Shown piece after piece: positions 9,454-16,956 of a stretch of 64,000 bases of DNA (the stretch's first letter is position 1; every line of letters starts with the position of its first letter). The translations under genes and the position numbers were made by a program. Location of the stretch: IMG/VR virus record IMGVR_UViG_3300028844_005756, positions 21,834 through 85,833 of that record; one strand, written 5' to 3'. The stretch is from a virus. The notes under the pieces are model-generated. The model was not told the DNA's origin. It saw nothing but the letters and a program-made list of their open reading frames with translations, and did not search any database.

Positions 9454-9663
9454 TTATGGAAAAGGTGGTAGGTTTTAAACACCTAAAAGATAAAGAAAAT
9501 ATTCATACTAAATCTTTTAATAGAAAAAAATTTATAAATGAATTTGTAGAAGTCATTAAAAATGAAAAATTATCAAAAGAACAAAAAGTAGAAATACTTT
9601 CTAATCATTGTCTATATGATAAAAATAGTCCATTAAAATTGAATAAAGGTTAACTATGGAAAA
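9402..9663 (+). repeat. 62-bp direct repeat (9402-9463 and 9602-9663), 1 mismatch, 200-bp period
   Basis: TAATCATTGTCTATATGATAAAAATAGTCCATTAAAATTGAATAAAGGTTAA(T/C)TATGGAAAA. Confidence 0.95.
9456..9653 (+). CDS. hypothetical protein, paralog 2
   Basis: 65 aa; identical C-terminus NHCLYDKNSPLKLNKG. Confidence 0.65.
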   Translation: MEKVVGFKHLKDKENIHTKSFNRKKFINEFVEVIKNEKLSKEQKVEILSNHCLYDKNSPLKLNKG

Positions 9664-10195
9664 CTGGAGAGTAGTGAATGATAATAATGAACCTGTTAAG
9701 TTAGGTGTTTATAGAATATATGAACATGCCATGTTACCTACTTTTGCTACAGATGGTTCAGCATGTTTTGATGTGTATGCTTCTTTACCAGATGAGTCAA
9801 CAGTTAAAGTATATAGCAGTAACTTTCAAGACTATGCTAAAGTACTTGTACGTTCTGATTGCATAACAATTTATAATGGTCATCGTGCTATGATTCCAAC
9901 TGGAATCATTTTTGATATTCCCCAAGGATACAGTGTACGCCTACATGCAAGATCTGGTTTAGCTTTAAAAAATGGTATTGTTTTAGTTAATCAGGAAGCC
10001 GTTATTGATTCTGATTATGTACAAGAAACATTTGTTTTAATTGAAAATACATCATTAGTTCCTTTTGAAGTGACAGATGGAATGAGAATTTGTCAAGGTG
10101 AACTAGTTAAAAATATACCAACACTCATCAATGAATCCGTAGTGCCACCGGAAGAACGCAATCGTAAAGGTGGCTTTGGTTCAACTGGTGTGTAA
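9656..10195 (+). CDS. dut: trimeric dUTPase
   Basis: SACFD, RSGLA, VIDSDY, RICQ, R.GGFGSTG motifs. Confidence 0.95.
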   Translation: MENWRVVNDNNEPVKLGVYRIYEHAMLPTFATDGSACFDVYASLPDESTVKVYSSNFQDYAKVLVRSDCITIYNGHRAMIPTGIIFDIPQGYSVRLHARSGLALKNGIVLVNQEAVIDSDYVQETFVLIENTSLVPFEVTDGMRICQGELVKNIPTLINESVVPPEERNRKGGFGSTGV

Positions 10196-10608
10196 TGAAA
10201 TTAGAACATAAACACTTTATAGTTAGAGCAGAAGTAGCAGGTACTCCTAAACTACAAGATATATCTTTTGTTGAAGATTGGATGTCACGTTTAATTAAAA
10301 GTGTTGGTATGGTTACTTTAATAGAACCTAAAGCGGTTTATTGTGACAAAGAAAATAATCGTGGAATTACGGCAATTGCCGCACTTACAACAAGTTCAAC
10401 AACATTACACATATGGGATGAGAAACCACCATGTTATTTACAATTTGATTTATATTCATGTAAATCATTTGACTATGAACATGTTTTACACGCAATCAAT
10501 GAATTCGGAATGACAAGATATGAATATTATATGTTAAATCGTGAAACTCCGTTTTCTCATATACACGCAAAAGGCCATGGACTCTTTGAACCGAGCATCT
10601 CTAAATGA
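10195..10608 (+). CDS. speD: SpeD-like pyruvoyl-dependent decarboxylase (S-adenosylmethionine decarboxylase family)
   Basis: H.H.IVRAE, GIT, T.S...LHIW.E, LQFDLYSCK motifs; cleavage-site region atypical. Confidence 0.8.
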   Translation: MKLEHKHFIVRAEVAGTPKLQDISFVEDWMSRLIKSVGMVTLIEPKAVYCDKENNRGITAIAALTTSSTTLHIWDEKPPCYLQFDLYSCKSFDYEHVLHAINEFGMTRYEYYMLNRETPFSHIHAKGHGLFEPSISK

Positions 10609-11041
10609 TGCATCTGATATAATTAAAATATTTTATCTTTATCGTGATATATTTCCCCACATCAGAAAAGACTACATAGATAGAAACCTTGAAAAAGGTA
10701 ATGTTATATATGAAAATGATGTTATTATAATATATAATAAGTATTTGAAAAAAACACGATTAGGCAACATACATGCTTTAAAAGGTAATTTTATACTACA
10801 TCAAATAGTAACAAAATATAGAGATGGAAGAGCAACACAAATATTTAAAAAGTTTTTAAATGAATTAGATGATAAATTGTTTTTAACTGTAAGAAGCAGT
10901 AACACTAAAGCTATTAATTTTTATGAAAGGAATGGTATGAAATGTGTAGGGGATATTGCTTGGAAAAACAATACACTTCCAGGTAAAGTATTTTTATATA
11001 CTACACCAAATAATTTATATGAAAAATTTGCATTACTATAG
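10577..11041 (+). CDS. GNAT-family acetyltransferase
   Basis: LHQI...G.A and LTVR.SN..A..FYE..G motifs; AAAGG SD before ATG 10577. Confidence 0.8.
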   Translation: MDSLNRASLNDASDIIKIFYLYRDIFPHIRKDYIDRNLEKGNVIYENDVIIIYNKYLKKTRLGNIHALKGNFILHQIVTKYRDGRATQIFKKFLNELDDKLFLTVRSSNTKAINFYERNGMKCVGDIAWKNNTLPGKVFLYTTPNNLYEKFALL

Positions 11042-11210
11042 AAGAACTTTTACATTTTTTGTTATTTTTTATGCAATGTGGTTGATACTATTTTACGGCA
11101 GTTGGAATGTTGAAAATGAGTATTCTAAATTTCATCATGATAATTTCGTAAGATTATGTAAAACTAATTATGAGAATATACATGAAAATGTACGAAGGTA
11201 TTGTTCATAA
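11019..11210 (+). CDS. small single-TM membrane protein upstream of endolysin
   Basis: TFTFFVIFYAMWLILFYGSW hydrophobic segment, two C-terminal Cys. Confidence 0.55.
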   Translation: MKNLHYYRRTFTFFVIFYAMWLILFYGSWNVENEYSKFHHDNFVRLCKTNYENIHENVRRYCS

Positions 11211-11228
11211 TTTATAGGAGAATAATAA

Positions 11229-11678
11229 ATGTTTAAACTATCACAGCGGTCATTAGACAAACTAGAAGGTGTAAAACCTGAATTAGTAGATGTTGTTAAA
11301 AGAGCAATTGAGTTAACAACAGTAGACTTCGGAGTTATTGAAGGTTTACGAACAGAAGAACAACAGAAGGCACTTGTAGAAAAAGGTGCATCACAAACAA
11401 TGAAATCAAAACATCTCACTGGCAATGCTGTAGACTTAATGGCATATGTTGGCGGAAGAGGATGTTGGGAATTAAATGTATATGATGAAATTGCAGATGC
11501 TGTGAAAGCCGCTGCAGAAGAACTCGGAACTCCGATTCGCTGGGGTGCTGCATGGACTGTCAGTGATTTGCGAAATTGGGAAGGAACAGCAGAGGAAGCT
11601 ATGAATGCGTATATAGACATTCGTAGAGCAGAAGGAAGAAGACCTTTTATAGATGCTCCACATTTTGAGCTTGTATAA
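11229..11678 (+). CDS. endolysin, M15-family L-alanyl-D-glutamate peptidase
   Basis: LS.RS...LEGV, EGLRT...Q, S.HLTG.AVD, RWG, D.PHFEL. Confidence 0.93.
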   Translation: MFKLSQRSLDKLEGVKPELVDVVKRAIELTTVDFGVIEGLRTEEQQKALVEKGASQTMKSKHLTGNAVDLMAYVGGRGCWELNVYDEIADAVKAAAEELGTPIRWGAAWTVSDLRNWEGTAEEAMNAYIDIRRAEGRRPFIDAPHFELV

Positions 11679-11686
11679 AAAAATCC

Positions 11687-11714
11687 TTGACTTTTCAGAT
11701 AGTTTTGATATGAT
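11687..11714 (+). promoter_or_regulatory. probable early promoter TTGACT-N16-TATGAT (TG extended)
   Basis: Same CCTTGAC context as other promoters, intergenic. Confidence 0.55.
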
Positions 11715-11759
11715 AGATGAATATTCACCGCTAAGAAAAATTTTAGTTAAAAAGCTACC

Positions 11760-12296
11760 ATGATTACAAAGCAAATCATAGATAGACTGACAGATGAGGT
11801 AAAGGAATTATTTGATTTTTACGACAAAAAGAAGTTAAGAAAATCTGATAAGCAGAAATCTGAAGATATTTCTGGTTTGCTTGAGACAGTGATGGAAGAA
11901 ATGATTGAAGGTGCGATTGCTCCAAAAGTTGATAGTGAGCCAGATATTCGTTTGAATGGTGAGCCTGTTGAGATTAAAACAACATCTGGTGATTCTTGGA
12001 GAGGTGGAGAATACTCTAAGCGAGGTGGATATTTCATTTTTGTTTCATGGAAATTGAATGAAAATAATGTCCCATCATTTTTTATAGCTGGATTAAGTTT
12101 ACAAAAAGATGATTGGATTATTAGTAAATCTAAAAATTATTATGCAACTACTTTTAATAAAAAGCAATTATTAAAAAATCAAGATAGAGTAGATTTTTAT
12201 AGTGGTAAACTCAAATCATACATGCGAGGTTCACAACAATGTATTTCTTTAGTATATGATAATACTAAAGAGTTTGATTTAAAATCTTTATTTTAA
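11760..12296 (+). CDS. PD-(D/E)XK restriction-endonuclease-like protein
   Basis: EPDIRLNGEPVEIKTT catalytic-type motif. Confidence 0.65.
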   Translation: MITKQIIDRLTDEVKELFDFYDKKKLRKSDKQKSEDISGLLETVMEEMIEGAIAPKVDSEPDIRLNGEPVEIKTTSGDSWRGGEYSKRGGYFIFVSWKLNENNVPSFFIAGLSLQKDDWIISKSKNYYATTFNKKQLLKNQDRVDFYSGKLKSYMRGSQQCISLVYDNTKEFDLKSLF

Positions 12297-12301
12297 AATA
12301 C

Positions 12302-12377
12302 TCCTGATTAGCTCAGTTGGTAGAGCAAATGACTGTTAATCATTGGGTCGCTGGTTCGAGTCCAGCATCAGGAGCCA
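12302..12377 (+). tRNA. tRNA-Asn(GTT)
   Basis: Canonical cloverleaf, acceptor TCCTGAT/ATCAGGA, anticodon loop CTGTTAA, TTCGA T-loop, encoded CCA. Confidence 0.97.
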
Positions 12378-12394
12378 AACCTTATGGAGTAATT

Positions 12395-12580
12395 ATGGCT
12401 AATGCTAAACAAAAGAAAGTTGTACGTAAAATGCTTTCGCAAATTGAAGTGATGAAAAAGAAAGCAACTGAAAAAAAGGAATCTGCTGAAGTTATTGCAA
12501 GAAAAGAACAAAATATGTTGAATTATTATAAAGATAAATTCGGAAAAAGGTTTGATGAATTTGCTGATATGGTAAGCTAA
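12395..12580 (+). CDS. small basic hypothetical protein
   Basis: GGAG SD before ATG 12395; lies between tRNA genes. Confidence 0.65.
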   Translation: MANAKQKKVVRKMLSQIEVMKKKATEKKESAEVIARKEQNMLNYYKDKFGKRFDEFADMVS

Positions 12581-12588
12581 AGAGATAT

Positions 12589-12675
12589 GCGGGGTGTTCC
12601 ATTCACATGTCTTATATACATGCGGCAAAACAGAGTGGCGGTGCCAATGAAGTTCAATTCTTCCACCCCGTACCA
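12589..12675 (+). tRNA. non-canonical tRNA-like RNA, anticodon TAT (Ile), 8/4 fold, no local D-stem, long variable arm
   Basis: GCGGGGTG/CACCCCGT acceptor + A-CCA; CATGT-CTTATAT-ACATG anticodon arm; GAAG-TTCAATT-CTTC T-arm. Confidence 0.75.
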
Positions 12676-12707
12676 CATTTAAAAAAAATATATTTATTAT
12701 GTAATTA

Positions 12708-13088
12708 ATGGAAAATAATACAAATAATGAAGATTTAAAGTTCAATGAACCTTTTCTTGAAAAAAAAGAAGTAACTGCAATTTCATATGATAGTTCCGTA
12801 GTAGATGAAATTGTTGAGAATGAACCGCAAATCACAAAAATTGTAACTCCTGTTGATGATTGGACCTATTGGGCAAAATGGATTGGTAATGCGTTTCTCA
12901 TTGTTGGTACATTACTTACTAATTTAGCATTACTTCCAATGAACTATATTTTTAGTTTGATTGGTTTATTTTTATGGGCTATTGTTGCAGCACAATGGAA
13001 TGACAGAAGTTTAGTTGTTTTAAATGTTTTTCTATTAGGTACAGTTGCAATGACTTTAGCCCAGCATATTAAAGAATATTTTTTATAA
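12708..13088 (+). CDS. multi-pass membrane protein
   Basis: Three hydrophobic segments in the C-terminal half. Confidence 0.7.
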   Translation: MENNTNNEDLKFNEPFLEKKEVTAISYDSSVVDEIVENEPQITKIVTPVDDWTYWAKWIGNAFLIVGTLLTNLALLPMNYIFSLIGLFLWAIVAAQWNDRSLVVLNVFLLGTVAMTLAQHIKEYFL

Positions 13089-13095
13089 GGTAATT

Positions 13096-13253
<158 letters not shown>

Positions 13254-13404
13254 GTTTTTTTAGGTGTTTTTAGTAAAAAATACCTATATATGATCAGAAA
13301 AAAACTATAAAGACTGAAACGTTTTTTCTGTTTTGTCACCTGTCTAAACAACAGGGTTGCTGATTAGCAGCAACAATTCTATAACTAACCATAGGATAAG
13401 TATT

Positions 13405-14775
13405 ATGCAAACTATCAATACCCCCAGTGTAAATCTACACACAACAGAAGCTTTCACCGCAACAGAACAAAATATTCTCAAAGAATATCTAGAAAAGAAA
13501 GAAAAGAGATTTCCTCATAGATATGATGAAACATATCTTCAAAAGAGCGGATTGCGACTTTCTGAACATTGTGCTATTTTAAATAAAGAAGATATTGTTG
13601 TTGAGAAACCAGGTCATTTCACAAACAATTTAGTTTGGGCAGGTGGAATCAATAATAAATTTAATGATATTAAGAAAAGTTTAAGTGAAGATGGTTATGA
13701 ATTATCACATATACCACCTGCAGTTTATTTTGATAAAAAGGAAAAAAAATATCAACTAGTTGATGGAAGAACTAGATTTAAAATTTTGGAAAATTATGAT
13801 ATTAGTAATATTATAGTAGATATCTATGAGAAAATTGAAGGGGCATCAGAAAAAACAGTTGAATTAGGATGTGGTAGACTACAAACACAATCAAATTTAG
13901 GAAGGGAAATTGCTGGTAAAGTTACTGATAAGGATATTATTTCAAATGTTCATTCATGGATTGAAAGTGGGTTTATCAAAAAAGAAGACTCGACTACTAA
14001 AAAAGAAGAAGATAAACAACCTGATTTGACTAGTATAATAGAGTTTATTAATGATTTTTATAATCCATTACATGTTAAAAGTTCTAAAAAAATAAACAAT
14101 TTAGCAAATGCCGCCAGAGATACATATGGACAAAATACTAAACGAATAGTTTGGATTGATGTTAAAGATGTGCAGACTTGGTTGGGTGTAGATAAAAGAA
14201 CTAATACTAGAATTCCAAATAGTCAAAGACCACCAGAAGACCTTGACAACCCTATGGATAATAAGAATTCTTATGTTGATTCTTTTCCAGATGGAGCAAC
14301 ACATAGCAGGGGTACTTGTTATTTAGAAATTGATACAACTCAAGCAAGACGTGCCGTTGCTGCAGCAGCAAATCATGCTAGATTAAATCCTAACTGCGAC
14401 ATTAGAATTATTATATATGTTAAACAAATAACAGATAATGAAAATCCTGCAATTGCTTATAATAGAGAAATTACTAGGTTTGTTAGAACTTTTTATGGTA
14501 CTCTAAATCAAATTTCAGAATGTTATTTTAATAAGGTAACTCCATTAGTTGATGTGGTTTCTATATATGGTGCTGTACCAAGTTTAAAAGAGTATCATAA
14601 TACTAAAGAACTTATTCTTCTTAATTCAGCTTCGGTTGGAACTACTGGGTCTAATCCAAAATGGTTTCAAAAAAATCCCTTAAAGTTAAATGGAATATCA
14701 TCATATGATTTATTAAATACTATTTCTATCAATAATAACGAAGAAGAAGATGATGATGATAGTTGGCTTGATTAA
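13405..14775 (+). CDS. ParB/Srx-like N-terminal domain protein
   Basis: IKKSL...GY, PP.V, YQLVDGRTR motif; AGGA SD before ATG 13405; acidic C-terminal tail. Confidence 0.6.
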   Translation: MQTINTPSVNLHTTEAFTATEQNILKEYLEKKEKRFPHRYDETYLQKSGLRLSEHCAILNKEDIVVEKPGHFTNNLVWAGGINNKFNDIKKSLSEDGYELSHIPPAVYFDKKEKKYQLVDGRTRFKILENYDISNIIVDIYEKIEGASEKTVELGCGRLQTQSNLGREIAGKVTDKDIISNVHSWIESGFIKKEDSTTKKEEDKQPDLTSIIEFINDFYNPLHVKSSKKINNLANAARDTYGQNTKRIVWIDVKDVQTWLGVDKRTNTRIPNSQRPPEDLDNPMDNKNSYVDSFPDGATHSRGTCYLEIDTTQARRAVAAAANHARLNPNCDIRIIIYVKQITDNENPAIAYNREITRFVRTFYGTLNQISECYFNKVTPLVDVVSIYGAVPSLKEYHNTKELILLNSASVGTTGSNPKWFQKNPLKLNGISSYDLLNTISINNNEEEDDDDSWLD

Positions 14776-14785
14776 ATAAATATGT

Positions 14786-14810
14786 TGGGGAGATTTTTCT
14801 CCCCATTTTT
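14786..14810 (+). terminator. rho-independent terminator
   Basis: TGGGGAGA-TTTT-TCTCCCCA-TTTTT. Confidence 0.8.
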
Positions 14811-14822
14811 CAAAAAAATCCC

Positions 14823-14850
14823 TTGACATTTCCCCACAATCTGCTATACT
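14823..14850 (+). promoter_or_regulatory. early promoter TTGACA-N16-TATACT (TG extended)
   Basis: Similar to promoters at 2354 and 15290. Confidence 0.7.
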
Positions 14851-14852
14851 TT

Positions 14853-14929
14853 GGCCTGTTAGTTCAGTTGGTTAGAACGCTTGCCTGTCACGCAAGAGGT
14901 CACCGGTTCAAGTCCGGTACAGGTCGCCA
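14853..14929 (+). tRNA. tRNA-Asp(GTC)
   Basis: Canonical cloverleaf, anticodon loop CTGTCAC, G73 discriminator, CCA. Confidence 0.95.
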
Positions 14930-14949
14930 CAACTCTTTAGGAGATTCAT

Positions 14950-15255
14950 ATGTCTGAAGAACATCCATTCGGTCGACAACTAGAAGTTATCAGTGGTTTT
15001 GAATTAGAAGACGGTTCAGCGATTAGATGCTGGAAAGACTTTGATAACGGATATTCTATTTCTACTATCCGACATAACATGTCATATGGCGGAAAAGCAG
15101 GTCTGTATGAGATTGCCGTATTCTACAAAAGAGTAGGTAGAGAAGTAGAAGGCATCACAGATGAAGGTGATTATGTTGCTGGTTGGTTGACTTATGAAGA
15201 TGTGCTTGAAAGGCATGAGAAAGTCAAGAACCTTCTACCTAATCTTCTAAACTAA
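14950..15255 (+). CDS. conserved phage hypothetical protein
   Basis: F.NGY..S.I....SYGG..GLYEIAV...V.GWLT pattern; AGGAG SD. Confidence 0.75.
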   Translation: MSEEHPFGRQLEVISGFELEDGSAIRCWKDFDNGYSISTIRHNMSYGGKAGLYEIAVFYKRVGREVEGITDEGDYVAGWLTYEDVLERHEKVKNLLPNLLN

Positions 15256-15259
15256 TCTC

Positions 15260-15317
15260 GGATATTCCTGGTAAATCCAGGAATATCCCTTGACATTTTC
15301 CCTCAGTCTGCTATACT
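15260..15317 (+). promoter_or_regulatory. 12-bp perfect stem-loop (15260-15288) abutting early promoter TTGACA-N16-TATACT
   Basis: GGATATTCCTGG-TAAAT-CCAGGAATATCC then TTGACA 15290, TATACT 15312. Confidence 0.8.
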
Positions 15318-15362
15318 ATTTCTATTGAGTGAGACAACTCTCCACACTAGACAAGAGGCATC

Positions 15363-16898
15363 ATGACCCCTACAGCAGAACAACAAGCAATCCTAAATGG
15401 CTTCAACACTGTAGAAGGCAACATCAAAGTTCTTGCTCTTGCAGGAACAGGTAAGACCTCCACACTCTTGGAATTGGTACAGCAGAATCCAACCCAAACT
15501 TTCCTCTACATTGCTTTCAATCGTGACGTTAAGGAAGAAGTTGAGCGCAAAGCCCGTGCCAAAGGCATGAGCAACCTCAAAGTCAAGACTCAAAATGGTT
15601 TTGCTCTTGAGCTTGCAAGAGGTGCAGGTCTTAACTGCAACAACATCAAAGGCTACATGTCCGTCAAGGATATCATCGCCCGCCTCAACTTGACTGGCAA
15701 TGACAAGTTCCTTGCATACCATGCATTTCAAGTCATGACACGTTTCATGGTTTCCCGTGATACCACAATTGCTATGAAGCATGTACCCAAGGATGTTGAA
15801 GAAAAAATCTACAACAACATCCGCCGCTACACCAACATGACTGAAGATAAAATTCTTCAAGAAACCGATAAGCGCAAAAAACGTGCAGTACAAATTGCAC
15901 AACGTCTGTTCTCTTCTTTTGACTTCAACAGTGACGTTATGCTGCATGATGTATACGTCAAGTTGGTTCAAATGCACTACAATGAAATCCCTGTTACAGA
16001 AGACGTTGTTCTTTCTGATGAATCACAAGATGTAAATCCAGTATTCTCGGATATTATCTCCCGTGTAACTGCCCGTGTGATTGCTGTAGGTGACAACAAC
16101 CAAGCAATTTACCAGTTCCGTGGTGCAGCAGACTACCTGAAAGAAATGCCTTCAGAAGCTACATACACTCTGACACAATCATTCCGCTTCTTGCCAGAGA
16201 TTGCAGACAAGGCAAATGAATTGCTGCAGCATATGACAGACCTGCGCATCAAAGGTTTTGAAGGTGTGGAAGAAGAGAATACTTCCGCTGTACTGTGCCG
16301 CACCAATATGGGTTGTTTGACAGAAGCAATCTCAATGTTGGATCAAGGTGTTTCATTTTCTCTTGAAGGTGGAGTTGACAACGAAGGATTCCGCATGATT
16401 GAGGATTTGGTTTCTCTTTCAGATGGCAGAACATACGATGTACGACATCCTGACCTCAAAGGATTGCGCTCAATTGAAGAATTCAACAAAGAGTTGGAAG
16501 AGGATTTGCTAAATAGAGAGTGGAAAACTTCCTTGCGTGTAATTGACAAGATGGGAGGTTTTGACAATGCATTAAACATCATTCAGCAAATCAAAGATTC
16601 TCAGCGCAAAGTTCCTGCTGATGCTGTAGTCATCACCACTATGCACAAATCAAAAGGTAAAGAGTGGAATAGTGTGCGCATTGCTGATGATGCAGAAATG
16701 GTATTCTACAAGTCTGATGTTGATGCAATGGGCAGAAGAACAAGAGTTGCCATTGAATTCAAAGATGCTCCTGTGATGGAGAAAAACCTCTTCTATGTTG
16801 CAGTTACCCGAGCAAAAAGAAACTTGGAACTCGGACTTTCTCAGCGATTGTTCTATGTTGAGAAGTCCGCAAATACAGTTATTCCAGAAGCCGCATAA
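15363..16898 (+). CDS. UvrD/Rep-like SF1 helicase
   Basis: AGTGKT, AFN, DESQD, VGD.NQAIYQFRGA, L.QSFRF, TMHKSKG.EW, YVAVTRA. Confidence 0.93.
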   Translation: MTPTAEQQAILNGFNTVEGNIKVLALAGTGKTSTLLELVQQNPTQTFLYIAFNRDVKEEVERKARAKGMSNLKVKTQNGFALELARGAGLNCNNIKGYMSVKDIIARLNLTGNDKFLAYHAFQVMTRFMVSRDTTIAMKHVPKDVEEKIYNNIRRYTNMTEDKILQETDKRKKRAVQIAQRLFSSFDFNSDVMLHDVYVKLVQMHYNEIPVTEDVVLSDESQDVNPVFSDIISRVTARVIAVGDNNQAIYQFRGAADYLKEMPSEATYTLTQSFRFLPEIADKANELLQHMTDLRIKGFEGVEEENTSAVLCRTNMGCLTEAISMLDQGVSFSLEGGVDNEGFRMIEDLVSLSDGRTYDVRHPDLKGLRSIEEFNKELEEDLLNREWKTSLRVIDKMGGFDNALNIIQQIKDSQRKVPADAVVITTMHKSKGKEWNSVRIADDAEMVFYKSDVDAMGRRTRVAIEFKDAPVMEKNLFYVAVTRAKRNLELGLSQRLFYVEKSANTVIPEAA

Positions 16899-16956
16899 TT
16901 TATTGGTAATAATATGATAAATATAAAGAAATATAAAACTTATTCAGAGAAAATAA

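Noticed and set aside
9402-9663. CRISPR-like repeat-spacer
   Set aside because: Only two copies, 62 bp long, coding, 138-bp spacer, no cas genes
12317-12394. N-terminal part of the track ORF 12317..12580
   Set aside because: Overlaps tRNA-Asn; the real start is ATG 12395 with a GGAG SD
12589-12675. tmRNA or intron-containing tRNA interpretation of the D-armless RNA
   Set aside because: No G3-U70 alanine identity, no tag ORF, far too short; the anticodon arm is intact and uninterrupted
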